Positions 10,403 to 20,790 of a stretch of DNA of 64,000 nt are shown here, piece by piece; within the stretch, counting starts at the first letter, position 1, and each line of letters begins with the position of its first letter. The notes under the pieces are model-generated. The model saw nothing but the letters and a program-made list of their open reading frames with translations. It did no database searches and was not told where the DNA came from. The DNA is from Verrucomicrobiales bacterium (GTDB lineage Bacteria > Verrucomicrobiota > Verrucomicrobiia > Verrucomicrobiales > V1-33), in the NCBI GenBank assembly GCA_947460575.1, contig CANHIJ010000004.1:12840-76839 (forward strand). The letters are read 5' to 3'. The position numbers and the translations under genes were made by a program.

Positions 10403-11146
10403 TTATTCCAGCGGACCCACCGGACTTTCCTCATCGAGGTCCTCGGAGGCGAGCAGGCGGCGGGCTCGGCTAGCCGCGGTGCGGCCCAGTTTGACCGGCT
10501 CCGGACTGCCCGCAAGGTACAGCGCGGTTTCATTGCGCGTCACTCCATCCAAGCGAATCACAGCCGCGGGGTTGACCAGCAGGGAGCGACTGAGGATGAA
10601 AAAGCCCTCCTCGGCAAGCATTTTGATCCACTCCTGCAGGGTGCGGCGGACAAAATAACTGCGGCCATCCATCGTGTAAGCCCGGCTGTAGTTGCCCTCC
10701 GAGCGCACCGAGGAAATCTCCTCCACCGAGACCTTGCTCCAGCTCCGCTGATTGCCCAGCACCACGCTGGCAGACCGATTCTTCCAGGAAGCCGCATCCC
10801 GAAGGCGCTCGATGACCAGCGCGAGCCGCGTCGGCTGGACCGGTTTGAGCAAGTAGTCTAGGGCCCTGGCCTCGAAGGCGCGAACCGCATATTCCTCGTA
10901 GGCGGTGACGAAAACGACTCGGCTAGTTGGCGGAATGTGCCCCAGCAGATCGAAGCCGCTCTCCGGTGGCATGGAAATATCCAGAAAAATAACATCCGGC
11001 GGATCGCCTTCTAACAAGGCAATAGCTTCGCTCAAATTGGACGCCTCTCCGACCAATTCAATCCCCGAATGCAGCTGCAAGACTTTGCCGAGCTGCTGGC
11101 GGGCGAGGCGTTCGTCGTCAACCAGGATGGCGCGCAGCGGAATCAT
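10403..11146 (-). CDS. LytTR-family response regulator
   Basis: Receiver VDDE...FLDISMP...FVTAY...DYLLKP followed by a LytTR-type domain. Confidence 0.92.
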   Translation of the reverse strand: MIPLRAILVDDERLARQQLGKVLQLHSGIELVGEASNLSEAIALLEGDPPDVIFLDISMPPESGFDLLGHIPPTSRVVFVTAYEEYAVRAFEARALDYLLKPVQPTRLALVIERLRDAASWKNRSASVVLGNQRSWSKVSVEEISSVRSEGNYSRAYTMDGRSYFVRRTLQEWIKMLAEEGFFILSRSLLVNPAAVIRLDGVTRNETALYLAGSPEPVKLGRTAASRARRLLASEDLDEESPVGPLE

Positions 11147-11152
11147 ATTATT

Positions 11153-12232
11153 TTAAGCAGAAAGGGGAGCGGGCATGGGGGGGAGCTCCAGCCGCACGCG
11201 CACCCCATGCTCCTCCGTTTCGACGGAGAGAGTGGCGGCGTCGCCGTAGGTCAACTGCAGGCGGCGGCGCAAGTTAACGAGGCCGAGACCTGTCGAGCCC
11301 GGGCTGCCAGGATCGACCCAGGAGCCGCTATTTTCCACCACCACGGAGAGTCCGCCATCGGGCCGCCCGCAGGCCTCAATCGCCAAGCGCAGCGGCAGCT
11401 TGCTCGTGCGCTGGCCGTATTTGACCGCGTTTTCCAACAGCGGCTGCACCAGGGCCCCGGGCACCTCGTGGCGGCGCGCCGCCTCGTCCGCCGTCACGGC
11501 GTACTCAAAGCGCTCTTCAAAGCGAATTTTCTCCACTAAAAGGTAACTGTGCAGCGCGTCAAGTTCCTCACCGAGCGGGTGGAGCGCACTGGTTTGCGCC
11601 AGGGAAAAGCGCAGGTAATCAGATAGGGCGTGGGTAATTTCCATGACCCGCGGCGGGTGTTCCGCCTCGGCGATAATCGCGTTCAGAGCATTGAAGAGAA
11701 AATGCGGATTGACCTGTGCCCGGAGCAGCCGCAGCTCGCTCTCCCTGGTCTGGGCCTCCAGTTGGGCGAGGCGCAGCCGCGATCGATTGGTGTCGACGAA
11801 ATAGCTGATGCCCGCATAGAGGCTGACCCAAATGGCATAGATCCCACAGCGCAGCAGATAGGTGGACTCGACGAAAAACCGGCTCGCCTCGTTGGTCACC
11901 TGCAGCTTGGAGACGAGGCCGAAGGCCCACAGGCTAATGTGAGCGTCGGCTACCCCAAACACGATCACCAGCCCAATCAAACTGGGCACCTGCCGCAGCG
12001 GCGCCGCCCGATGGCGATTCCTAACGGCACGGCATATAGGCCGCAGCACAAACGCACTCAATAGAAAGCCGAAAACCGTCCGGAAAAAAACGAAATATAG
12101 CAGGTCGCTTCTACTGGAGAACACCAACCTCACGACCACCATCAGCATCAGGGACCACCCCAGCGTCTGCAGCAGCCAAAAAACATGCCCCTTTTTCGAA
12201 AAGTCTAGGAAACTTTTGCTTGGGGCAAACAT
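11153..12232 (-). CDS. LytS/YehU-type sensor histidine kinase
   Basis: N-terminal TM helices, LRAQVNPHFLFNALN, QPLLENAVKYG, GLGLVNL. Confidence 0.92.
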   Translation of the reverse strand: MFAPSKSFLDFSKKGHVFWLLQTLGWSLMLMVVVRLVFSSRSDLLYFVFFRTVFGFLLSAFVLRPICRAVRNRHRAAPLRQVPSLIGLVIVFGVADAHISLWAFGLVSKLQVTNEASRFFVESTYLLRCGIYAIWVSLYAGISYFVDTNRSRLRLAQLEAQTRESELRLLRAQVNPHFLFNALNAIIAEAEHPPRVMEITHALSDYLRFSLAQTSALHPLGEELDALHSYLLVEKIRFEERFEYAVTADEAARRHEVPGALVQPLLENAVKYGQRTSKLPLRLAIEACGRPDGGLSVVVENSGSWVDPGSPGSTGLGLVNLRRRLQLTYGDAATLSVETEEHGVRVRLELPPMPAPLSA

Positions 12233-12360
12233 AATAGAGGAAGGATCCTCGCTCCCTTGAAGTCCATAAAGGCGGCGCGGCGCTGCGCTTTAAACTCGCC
12301 TTCCTCGACCCCACAATCGGAAATCGAGATTTCCTCAAGCCCGCCCCAGGCGAATTGTTG

Positions 12361-13014
12361 TCAGCAGTGCGGCGACGGCGACCCCGACTCCCCTCCCACC
12401 ACTTGGCGAAGCAAGCCGAGCACCGCTTCCTGGAGGCCCTCCAGGGCATAAAAACGGCGGCGATCCTCCAGACTGCGGCGCATCTCCCAGGTAGCCGGCA
12501 AATGCAGAAAAATCGCCCGCTGGTGCGCCGAGTGCCCCGCCTGGCGCGTCAAATGGAGCAGGCGGTAATAGAGGTGATTGCAGACAAAGCGCCCCGGATC
12601 AGCGCTCCGGCGGATCGCCAGGCCCGCGGCCCCGCCGCCAGCTTCCCCCAGCCGACCCGCCAAGCCGCTCGCCAGGTGGGCCGGGCCTCGGGCCAAAATG
12701 CGCTGGCCGCGCGGCTGCCGCCCCGCGTTGTCCGGAATCCCGTAGTCCTCCTCGTTCCACGCCGTGGTTTCGATCGAGATTTCCGCCCGCCCAGAAACCC
12801 CCAGGGCCACAATCCAGCTCGGGCGAGAGCGCCGCACGGAGGCCGACAGCTTCCGCCAAGCCGTCGGCCCGCTCACCGGCAACTCCAGGCCCACCACCCC
12901 GACCGTCCCACCCAGCAGGCGGCCGTGGAGCGCGCGCGCCAGCGCTCCCGCAGGATTGAAGGAATCCCCCCCAAAGGGCTCGAATCCAGTGAGGAGAAGC
13001 TCGGGCGCAGGCAT
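12361..13014 (-). CDS. pcp: Pyroglutamyl-peptidase I (C15)
   Basis: LLTGFEPFGG, SIETTA (Glu), GRFVCN (Cys), FLHLP (His). Confidence 0.88.
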   Translation of the reverse strand: MPAPELLLTGFEPFGGDSFNPAGALARALHGRLLGGTVGVVGLELPVSGPTAWRKLSASVRRSRPSWIVALGVSGRAEISIETTAWNEEDYGIPDNAGRQPRGQRILARGPAHLASGLAGRLGEAGGGAAGLAIRRSADPGRFVCNHLYYRLLHLTRQAGHSAHQRAIFLHLPATWEMRRSLEDRRRFYALEGLQEAVLGLLRQVVGGESGSPSPHC

Positions 13015-13159
13015 CAGAAAAAAAGGAAAGAAACCAGGGCCCCCGGCCCCGCCACCGGCATGCATAATCCCTTCAGATCCGCCCGCGCAAGCCCTCCGCA
13101 GCGGACTGCCCGCTTTTCGCCCCTGCGACAAAAAGCTTAATGTCGGTCCCGGGGAACCT

Positions 13160-13516
13160 TCAGGCCTCCTCCCCAGGCAGCGGAACTTCCACCGCGTGGC
13201 AAACCTGGCGCCATCCCGGGAAATTCCACTTATTGGGGAAATCGCGACACTGCCCAGGTTTGACTTCATTGATGCGGCAATCGCTGCCACTCAAGAAGAT
13301 GCAGGAATCGTCGGCCTGCTCGAGGAGGGAGAGCCCGGCGCGGTCCGTGCGCAGGCGGGTGTAGTGGTTGATGAAGTCATCGGCCTCCAGGTGGAGGAAG
13401 GCGGCGATGGCCTCGATCTCCGCGGGGCTGACCTTGACGTCGCCCGGCCAGCGGCAGCAGGCGGTGCAGCGCTGGCATTTCCAGGTGCGGTGGGCCGGGG
13501 GAAGTTCAGGGGGCAT
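13160..13516 (-). CDS. YkgJ-family Zn/Fe-chelating cysteine-cluster protein
   Basis: CQRCTACC, CIFL, CRINEVKPGQCRDFP. Confidence 0.85.
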   Translation of the reverse strand: MPPELPPAHRTWKCQRCTACCRWPGDVKVSPAEIEAIAAFLHLEADDFINHYTRLRTDRAGLSLLEQADDSCIFLSGSDCRINEVKPGQCRDFPNKWNFPGWRQVCHAVEVPLPGEEA

Positions 13517-13588
13517 CGGGGGCGGAATCGGGGGGGGCAGCCCAGGGATTGTCCCGGGCCTGGGCTGGGGCCGAGGAGCGAAAAAACC

Positions 13589-15112
13589 TCACTTGGCGAA
13601 GTGGGCCGCGATGGCCTTGATGAGCCCTGGAATGTCGTGGGAACTAGGGGTGATGTGCGGCTTGAGGCCGTGGCGCTTGAGGGCGGCCGTGGTCACGGGG
13701 CCAATGCTGGCAATTTGGCAGCCCGCCGGAATCGGCAAATTCAGGGCCATGAAGTGGTCGACCGCGCTGCCGCTCGCGAAAGTGAGAACCTCCGCGCCCT
13801 CTTCTCGAAAGCGGGCCTGTCCGCCGGCGACATCCTCGGTTTCCGGCACCGTGCGGTAGGCGATGGCCTCGTCCAAAATCACCCCCTTGGCGAGCAGTTG
13901 CTCCGCCACGACGTCGCGCGCCGATTCCCCCCGGACCCAGAGGACGGTTTGGTTATCCAGGCTGCCCGCGTGGGCCTCCAGCTCTTCGACGAGGGATTCG
14001 GCGACGAATTTCTCGGGGACGAAGTCGACTCCTAAACGATACTCCGCGACTTTCTTGGCGGTGCCTGGTCCGATGGCGACGATTTTCACCGCGCCGATTT
14101 CGCGGGCGTCTTTGTAGAGTTTAAAGAAGAGCTCGAAGAAGGCCTCCACGCCGTTAGGACTAGTGAAGATGATCCATTCATAGCGGTGGCAATCCTGGAC
14201 CATTTCTCCAAAGCCGAGGAGATCGCGGGGCTTTTCGATGCGGATCGTGGGAAGTTCATAGGTGTCGGCCCCGAGGGCGCGGAGGCCCTGGCTGAGGACG
14301 CCAGCTTGGGCCCGGGTGCGGGTGACCACGATGCGCTTTCCAAAGAGGGGGCGGCGCTCGAACCAATTCAGTTCGGGGCGGAGCGCTACCGTGCCGCCGA
14401 TCACGCAGACCGCCGGGGCCTTGAATTGGTGCTTCTCCACCAGGTCGGCGATGCTGCTCAAGGTGCCGGTGAGGGTCTGCTGGCGGCCGGTCGTGGCCCA
14501 GCGGATTAGGGCCACCGGAGTTTCCCCCGCCGCGCCGTGGGCCATCAACTTGCCCGTCAGTTCGCCCATCCGCCCCACTCCCATGAGCATGACTTTGACG
14601 CCATCGGCTTGCGCAATTTTAGCAAAATCCAGGCTACTCACTTCCTTAGTAGGGTCTTCATGCCCCGTGAAAATAGTGAGCTGCGTATTGTAGTCGCGGT
14701 GCGTCACCGGGATCCCCGCATAGGCGGGCCCGGCGATGGTCGAAGAAATCCCCGGCACCACCTCGAACGGACAACCCGCCGCATACAGCTCCTGGGCCTC
14801 CTCGCCGCCCCGTCCAAAGACATAGGGGTCCCCCCCTTTGAGGCGGGTGACCACTTTTCCTTCTAACACCTTCCGAATGAGGAGTTGGTTGATCTCCTCC
14901 TGGGGGAGGGCGTGGTTGGCGGCCTGCTTTCCCACGTAGAGCAATTCCGCGCCAGGCTTCATCCAGCCGAGGACCTGCTTGTTGACCAGGTAGTCATAGG
15001 CCACCACATCGGCGGCCTCAATGCACTCCTTAGCGCGCAAGGTGACGAGGCCGAGATCGCCGGGACCGGCGCCGACGAGATAACAAATTCCTGGAGTAAC
15101 GGGAAGCAACAT
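13589..15112 (-). CDS. cobA: Uroporphyrinogen-III C-methyltransferase / uroporphyrinogen-III synthase fusion (CobA-HemD)
   Basis: LVGAGPGD, RLKGGDPYVFGRGGEE, then HemD-type IVVTRT...FTSPNGV...IGPVT. Confidence 0.93.
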   Translation of the reverse strand: MLLPVTPGICYLVGAGPGDLGLVTLRAKECIEAADVVAYDYLVNKQVLGWMKPGAELLYVGKQAANHALPQEEINQLLIRKVLEGKVVTRLKGGDPYVFGRGGEEAQELYAAGCPFEVVPGISSTIAGPAYAGIPVTHRDYNTQLTIFTGHEDPTKEVSSLDFAKIAQADGVKVMLMGVGRMGELTGKLMAHGAAGETPVALIRWATTGRQQTLTGTLSSIADLVEKHQFKAPAVCVIGGTVALRPELNWFERRPLFGKRIVVTRTRAQAGVLSQGLRALGADTYELPTIRIEKPRDLLGFGEMVQDCHRYEWIIFTSPNGVEAFFELFFKLYKDAREIGAVKIVAIGPGTAKKVAEYRLGVDFVPEKFVAESLVEELEAHAGSLDNQTVLWVRGESARDVVAEQLLAKGVILDEAIAYRTVPETEDVAGGQARFREEGAEVLTFASGSAVDHFMALNLPIPAGCQIASIGPVTTAALKRHGLKPHITPSSHDIPGLIKAIAAHFAK

Positions 15113-15243
15113 GGGGACGCCATTGAAGCGCGGGGCGGGCCGAAAGGCAAACGGCGGATGCAGCCCGCCGCAGCGCCCCGCGCTCCCCGCTGGCCAGCGC
15201 GCCAGACTCTGCTACAGGAAAAGCTCGCCACCTCCATGCGCCC

Positions 15244-17172
15244 ATGAAAAATCGCCTTCTGCCCTTCCTCGCCGCGGCCCTGCTGCTCGCCCCCGCCGCG
15301 GCCCAAGTGCCCGCCAACCTCGTCGCCGAGGGCATCCCCCCGATTTCCCCGGAGCTCGTGGAGTCCGCGGGGCGCTATGTGGAATTCCGCGCCGCGGCCC
15401 TGCAAAGTTGGCAGCCGATGCGCCGCGAAATGCTCATCGCCACCCGCTTCGGCGCCACCCCGCAGCTCCACCTCGTCCGCCAACCCGGCGGCGCCCGCCA
15501 ACAATTGACCTTCTCCGCAGAGCCCGTCGGCTCCGCCTCGATTCAGCCCGTCCGCGGAGACTGCCTCATTTTTTCTCAAGACTCCGGCGGCGGGGAATTT
15601 TTCCAGCTCTACCGCTACGACTTCCGCGATGGGCGCCGCACCCTCCTCACCGACGGAAAATCTCGCAACACCGGCGTCCAGTGGGCGCGCGACGGCAGCC
15701 GCATCGCCTGGACTTCCACTCGCCGCAACGGCCGCGACAACGACGTCTGGCTCGGCGATCCCCAGCGGCCCGGCGAGGCCCGCCTCCTCGCCGAACTGAG
15801 CGGCGGCGGCTGGAGCGTCAGCGACTGGTCGCCTGACGGAACCCAATTGGCCCTCACGGAATTCCTCTCCGCCAACTTGAGCCAACTCTGGCTGCTCGAC
15901 GCCGCCACCGGCCGCAAGGAGCGCCTTACCCCCGACGCTCCCAGCCCGATCTCCCGCAGCGGCGCCCAGTTCTCCCCCGACGGAAAATCCCTCTACTACA
16001 CCAGCGACGAAACCGGCGAATTCCAACTCCTCGGCCGCCTCTCCCTAGCGGATCGAAAATGGCAACCCCTCACCAGCGACATCCCCTGGGACGTCGAAGC
16101 CTTCGACCTCTCCCCGGACGGCCAGCGCCTCGCCTTCGCCAGCAACCAAGCCGGCGCCAGCGTCCTCTACCTCCTCTCCACCGCCCCCGGGGCCGCCGCC
16201 GCCCCAGTTCCCGGCCTGCCGCCCGGCGTCATCACCGGCTTGGAGTGGCATCCCTCAGGAAATGACCTCGGCTTCAGCCTCAGCGCCGCCCGCTCCCCCT
16301 CCGACGCCTGGTCCCTCGAACCCGCTACCGGCACCCTCACCCGCTGGACGGAAAGCGAAACCGGCGGCCTCAATCCCGCCCAGTTCCAGACCCCAGAGCT
16401 GGTCGCGGTGAAAAGCTTTGACGGCCTCCCGGTCTCCGGTTTCCTCTATCGTCCAGACCCCGCCAAGTTCCCCGGCAAGCGCCCCGTCCTCATCAGCATC
16501 CACGGCGGCCCCGAGGGCCAGTCCCGCCCCATCTTCCAGGCCCGCCAAAACTACTGGATCAACGAACTCGGCATCGCCCTCTTTTACCCTAACGTCCGCG
16601 GATCGCAGGGCAGCGGCAAAACCTTCCTCGCCCTCGACAACGGATTTCGCCGCGAAGACTCGGTCAAGGACATCGGGGCCTTTCTCGACTGGATCGCCGC
16701 CGACCCCGGCTGCGATGCCGACCGGGTGGCGGTCAGCGGCGGCAGCTACGGCGGATACATGTCCCTCGCCTGCCTTATTCAGCACGGCGCGCGCCTGCGC
16801 TGCGGCGTCGACATCGTCGGCATTTCTAACTTCCTGAGCTTCCTCCAAAATACCCAAGACTACCGCCGCGATCTGCGCCGCGTGGAATATGGGGACGAAC
16901 GCGATGAGGCCATGCGGGCCTTCCTCAGCCGCATCAGCCCCACCGAGCATGCCGCCCGCATCACCAAGCCGCTCTTCGTCGTCCAAGGCCAAAACGACCC
17001 CCGCGTCCCCGTCAGCGAAGCTTCGCAGATGGTCGCCGCGGTGCGCCAGGGCGGCACCCCCGTCTGGTATCTTCTCGCCAAGGACGAGGGCCACGGCTTC
17101 GCCAAGAAACCCAATGCCGACTATCAATTCCATGCCACCATCCTCTTCCTCCAAAAGCACCTCCTCAACTAA
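15244..17172 (+). CDS. Secreted S9-family prolyl oligopeptidase-like peptidase with beta-propeller
   Basis: Signal peptide, WSPDG repeats, IHGGPE, GGSYGG, NDPRV, EGHG triad motifs. Confidence 0.93.
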   Translation: MKNRLLPFLAAALLLAPAAAQVPANLVAEGIPPISPELVESAGRYVEFRAAALQSWQPMRREMLIATRFGATPQLHLVRQPGGARQQLTFSAEPVGSASIQPVRGDCLIFSQDSGGGEFFQLYRYDFRDGRRTLLTDGKSRNTGVQWARDGSRIAWTSTRRNGRDNDVWLGDPQRPGEARLLAELSGGGWSVSDWSPDGTQLALTEFLSANLSQLWLLDAATGRKERLTPDAPSPISRSGAQFSPDGKSLYYTSDETGEFQLLGRLSLADRKWQPLTSDIPWDVEAFDLSPDGQRLAFASNQAGASVLYLLSTAPGAAAAPVPGLPPGVITGLEWHPSGNDLGFSLSAARSPSDAWSLEPATGTLTRWTESETGGLNPAQFQTPELVAVKSFDGLPVSGFLYRPDPAKFPGKRPVLISIHGGPEGQSRPIFQARQNYWINELGIALFYPNVRGSQGSGKTFLALDNGFRREDSVKDIGAFLDWIAADPGCDADRVAVSGGSYGGYMSLACLIQHGARLRCGVDIVGISNFLSFLQNTQDYRRDLRRVEYGDERDEAMRAFLSRISPTEHAARITKPLFVVQGQNDPRVPVSEASQMVAAVRQGGTPVWYLLAKDEGHGFAKKPNADYQFHATILFLQKHLLN

Positions 17173-17185
17173 GCGCCCCCACCCC

Positions 17186-18073
17186 ATGAAACGCGCCCTC
17201 GCTGGCCTCCTCTTCCCGCCCGCCCTCCACGCCGCCCCAGACCCCGCCCCCATCCTTGCCGAAGGCGCCGAGGTGCAGCTCCTCGCCGATGGCTTCAAGT
17301 TCACCGAGGGACCCGCCGCCGATGCCGCGGGCAACGTCTATTTCACAGACCAACCGAATAACCGAATCTGGAAGTGGTCCACCGAGGGCAAACTCTCCCT
17401 TTGCCGGGAACCCGCAGGCCGCGCCAATGGCCTATACTTCGACCCCGCAGGCCGCCTGATCGCCTGCGCCGACGAAAAAAATGAGCTCTGGCGCCTCACC
17501 CTGCCGGACGGCGCGGTGGAGGTGCTCGTCAAAGACCTGGGCGGCCGCCGCCTCAACGGGCCCAACGACGTCTGGGTTCGCCCCGACGGCGGGCTCTATT
17601 TCACCGATCCCTTTTACAAGCGGGACTACTGGACCCGCGGGCCCTCCGAACTCGAGGGCCAACACGTCTACTTTCTAGCCAAAAATGCCGCGGCCCCCAC
17701 CGCCGTGGCCCGGGACCTCCAGCAGCCCAACGGCCTGGTGGGCAGCGCCGATGGGCGCACCCTCTACGTCGCCGACATCCGCGCTCAGCAAACCTGGCGC
17801 TACGCCTCGCAACCCGATGGAACCCTAGCGAATAAGTTCCTGTTCTGCCCCATGGGCTCGGACGGCATGACCCTGGACGCCGCCGGAAACCTCTACCTCA
17901 CTGGCAAAGGCGTCACCGTTTTTAATTCCCAGGGCACCCAGATCGGACACATCCCCATCTCCGAAAGCTGGACTGCCAACGTCTGCTTCGGCGGCAAAGA
18001 TGGCGCCACCCTCTTCATCACCGCGATGGATTCCCTCTACGCCGTCAAAACCAAACAGCAATGGGCCCGCTAG
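17186..18073 (+). CDS. SMP-30/gluconolactonase family protein
   Basis: FTEGPA, LNGPND, FTDP, PNGL, SDGMTLD, NVCFGG. Confidence 0.92.
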   Translation: MKRALAGLLFPPALHAAPDPAPILAEGAEVQLLADGFKFTEGPAADAAGNVYFTDQPNNRIWKWSTEGKLSLCREPAGRANGLYFDPAGRLIACADEKNELWRLTLPDGAVEVLVKDLGGRRLNGPNDVWVRPDGGLYFTDPFYKRDYWTRGPSELEGQHVYFLAKNAAAPTAVARDLQQPNGLVGSADGRTLYVADIRAQQTWRYASQPDGTLANKFLFCPMGSDGMTLDAAGNLYLTGKGVTVFNSQGTQIGHIPISESWTANVCFGGKDGATLFITAMDSLYAVKTKQQWAR

Positions 18074-18118
18074 GAGCCACCCCACCCCAGCGCTTTTGGC
18101 CCGCTCGCCGCAGAGCTC

Positions 18119-19939
18119 CTAGCGCTTCAAAACCAACTCTAGGCGGGCCCCGAGGGCGTGCTCCAACTCCATGACCGCCTTGTAGTAGTCCGACCACACT
18201 TCGTAGCGGTCCTCCTCAAACTTGGATACCAAGTCTTCGTTTTGATATCGAGTCTTGAGGTTGCGGACCGGATCGGCCGCGGTTTGGGCGACGCTTTTCT
18301 CGGCATTTTTCCGGATGCCGGCCAAATCGGCGTCGTAGGCGCCCAGTTCCCGGGAGGCGCTGCGAATGCGGTCCAAAGCCGTGCGGATTTCGCTCGCAAT
18401 TAGTTGGCGCTGGTTCCCAATCTCCGCGCGGTAGGCCTCGGTGGCCGTCTGGTGTTCCAGGTGCGCCTTGTTCAGTCCGATCCAATCGAAAAGCGGCAGC
18501 GAAACCCCCGCCCGCACCGACCACTCCTCCGAATCGCTGGTGCGGCCCGTCGTCTGCGCCGTGGCCCAGCCCGCGTCAAAAAAGGTGAAAAAGGGTATTT
18601 TTGCGGCCTTGGCCCCCTTGAGCTCCGCCTGAGCCAGCGCGAGTCGCGCCTCCAAGTCGAGGAGGTCCGAGCGGTGCAGCTGGGCCATCTTGACGAGGTA
18701 ATCAAAATCCAGCGCCTCCAGCGGGACCACCCGGCGCGTGGGCTTGCCAATGACCGCAATCCGCTCTGGGCGGTCCAAGCCGCAGTAGGAGGCCAACTCC
18801 TGGCGCAGCCGGGCGATGTCGCTGCGAAACTCCCGCAGGTCGCGGATCGACTTGCCAATTTCTAAGCGAATGTCGGCCATCAAGTCAGCCAGAACTGGCG
18901 CCTGGGCCGCCTCCATCTCCCCGCCAAATTTTTCCTGCAGCGCTTGCCGGGCGCGGGTGGCCCGAGCCACGCTTTCCGCCATGTTGAGATCTTCATAGAG
19001 CGCCCGCACCGTGCGCACCACCTTGTCCTCCTCAATCAGGTAATCGGACTCCGCCCGCGCCGTCTGGGCGGCCGCAATTTCAATATTGGCGCGCCGCTGC
19101 AAGGGGTTGGGAATCGCAAAGCGCACCAAGACGCTGAGCTGATCGTCACGGGAGGTATCATCAGGGTGACTAATGAGTTCGCGCGACCGCTCCACGATGC
19201 GCCGCTCGCCGTTGGCGCTGCCAGCTTCGTTAGTATTATAAATGCCGCCCGCACTAGCTTCCGAGGTGGTCTGGTTAAAGGTTTCCGACGCGCGGCGCCG
19301 CTCGTACACCGTCGTCTCCACCACATCCCGGTACCGCCCCGGGGTGACCCGGCGCTCAATCGTGCGATAGCGCGAGCCCTGCAGGGCGCCGGACGTCTCC
19401 TGGAGCTGGCTCTCGCCCGCTCCCGGATAAAACTCCGGAGCGAGATTCCGCTGGGCCTCGCTCTGCCGAAAGCGCTCGTCGATCTTGATGCGCTCGGTAG
19501 AGTACTCCGTAAACGGTTCCCGCAAGCGATCGTCGTGTTCCCAAGCATAGCCGATGCGCAGCTCCGGGTTTTCCCAGTCGCCCGCCCCCGCCACCTTGGC
19601 GCGGGCGATCAAAATTTCCGCGCGGCGGCGCGTCAAATCGGGATGATTGGCGATCGCCAAGCGGATCAATTCATCTTCGCGCAGGGCCCCGCTGCCAGGA
19701 ATGCGGCGCGGCAGTTCCGCCTCCGGCGGCGCCGCCCGGCGCGCCCCCACTGCTGGGCTCGCGGCCGGTGCCGGTGTCGGCGATGCGGGCCGCGCCGCCG
19801 CCGTCGGCCGATTTTTGGCCTTGGCCTGTTGCCAGGCCGCGCCGGACTGATTCCCTGCCAGGAGCGGAAGCACCCCCAGCCCCAACAGCGGAATGACTAA
19901 ATGGCTCAGGGCGGGCTTGGAAAACTCAGGGCGGGACAT
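18119..19939 (-). CDS. TolC-family outer-membrane channel with a large insertion
   Basis: Two TolC half-repeats (LAIANHPDL...NPEL; HRSDL...AGVSLPLFD) and a helical C-terminus ending LEHALG. Confidence 0.8.
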   Translation of the reverse strand: MSRPEFSKPALSHLVIPLLGLGVLPLLAGNQSGAAWQQAKAKNRPTAAARPASPTPAPAASPAVGARRAAPPEAELPRRIPGSGALREDELIRLAIANHPDLTRRRAEILIARAKVAGAGDWENPELRIGYAWEHDDRLREPFTEYSTERIKIDERFRQSEAQRNLAPEFYPGAGESQLQETSGALQGSRYRTIERRVTPGRYRDVVETTVYERRRASETFNQTTSEASAGGIYNTNEAGSANGERRIVERSRELISHPDDTSRDDQLSVLVRFAIPNPLQRRANIEIAAAQTARAESDYLIEEDKVVRTVRALYEDLNMAESVARATRARQALQEKFGGEMEAAQAPVLADLMADIRLEIGKSIRDLREFRSDIARLRQELASYCGLDRPERIAVIGKPTRRVVPLEALDFDYLVKMAQLHRSDLLDLEARLALAQAELKGAKAAKIPFFTFFDAGWATAQTTGRTSDSEEWSVRAGVSLPLFDWIGLNKAHLEHQTATEAYRAEIGNQRQLIASEIRTALDRIRSASRELGAYDADLAGIRKNAEKSVAQTAADPVRNLKTRYQNEDLVSKFEEDRYEVWSDYYKAVMELEHALGARLELVLKR

Positions 19940-20071
19940 GGCGCGGGCGAAGGGGGCAATGGAGAAAAGAATCGGTCGCGTGATTTAACGCAGTTCTGCG
20001 CGGTAGGTCTATCGCAAAGCTGCCGCCTCCCGGCGGAATGATCCACGAAAAAACAGCGGCCAAGGTCAGTT

Positions 20072-20725
20072 TCAACTCAACTTCTGGTTTTCCACCCAGC
20101 GCACCGCATAGCGCACCAATTCATTGCCCGACTTGAGCAGCAGCTTTTCCTTGATGTTAGCGCGGTGCGCGTCCACCGTTTTCACCGAAACCTTGAGTTC
20201 CTCGGCAATGGTGCGGGTGCCCTTGCCGTGGCCGATCATCTGGAAAATCTCAAATTGCCGGTCGCTCAGCGCCTCTACCGGATCGGTGGTGGCGGCCCGC
20301 CGACCGGAGAAGATTTCCAGGATTTTTCCGGACATCGCCGGGCTGACGTAAATTTCCCCTTCGAGGATTTTATGAATCGCCTCCATCATCTTTTTGCCGC
20401 CCTCCTGCTTCATAATATAGCCTTGGCCGCCCGCGCGCAGCACCCGCTCCACATAAAGGCTCTCGTCGTGCATGGAGTGCACTAGCAGAGCAGGCTGCTT
20501 GGTGCAGGCCCGGATGTCCTTGATGAGCTCCAAACCGTTTTTTCCCGGCAATGAGATGTCGATGATCACCAGATCTGGCTTGAGTTCGATCACCGCGGTG
20601 AGCCCGGAGGCGGCATCGCTGGCCTCCCCCACCACCGCCAGACCAGGCTCATGGTTGATGAGCTGGGCTAGCCCCTGACGCATCAGGGGATGGTCGTCGA
20701 CAATGAGGACGCGCTTTTTGGACAT
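20072..20725 (-). CDS. NarL/LuxR-family response regulator
   Basis: VDDHPLMR receiver domain plus LSDRQFEI...VSVKTVDAHRANIKEKL helix-turn-helix. Confidence 0.95.
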   Translation of the reverse strand: MSKKRVLIVDDHPLMRQGLAQLINHEPGLAVVGEASDAASGLTAVIELKPDLVIIDISLPGKNGLELIKDIRACTKQPALLVHSMHDESLYVERVLRAGGQGYIMKQEGGKKMMEAIHKILEGEIYVSPAMSGKILEIFSGRRAATTDPVEALSDRQFEIFQMIGHGKGTRTIAEELKVSVKTVDAHRANIKEKLLLKSGNELVRYAVRWVENQKLS

Positions 20726-20790
20726 AGTGCTTAGTGTCAGATGCCGGTGAAACTAAGCTTTGTCGAGCTTTTTGACGTTCCCGGCGCACC

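Noticed and set aside
9544-10473. Short ORFs over the 9.7-10.4 kb interval (similarly at 46.0-46.3 and 54.5-54.9 kb)
   Set aside because: They lie on palindromic repeat DNA and are typical spurious REP/MITE translations
18119-19939. TolC as the type I secretion channel for the RTX-like protein
   Set aside because: It is ~29 kb away, no ABC/MFP genes are present, and the RTX-like protein has its own signal peptide; no evidence of a link
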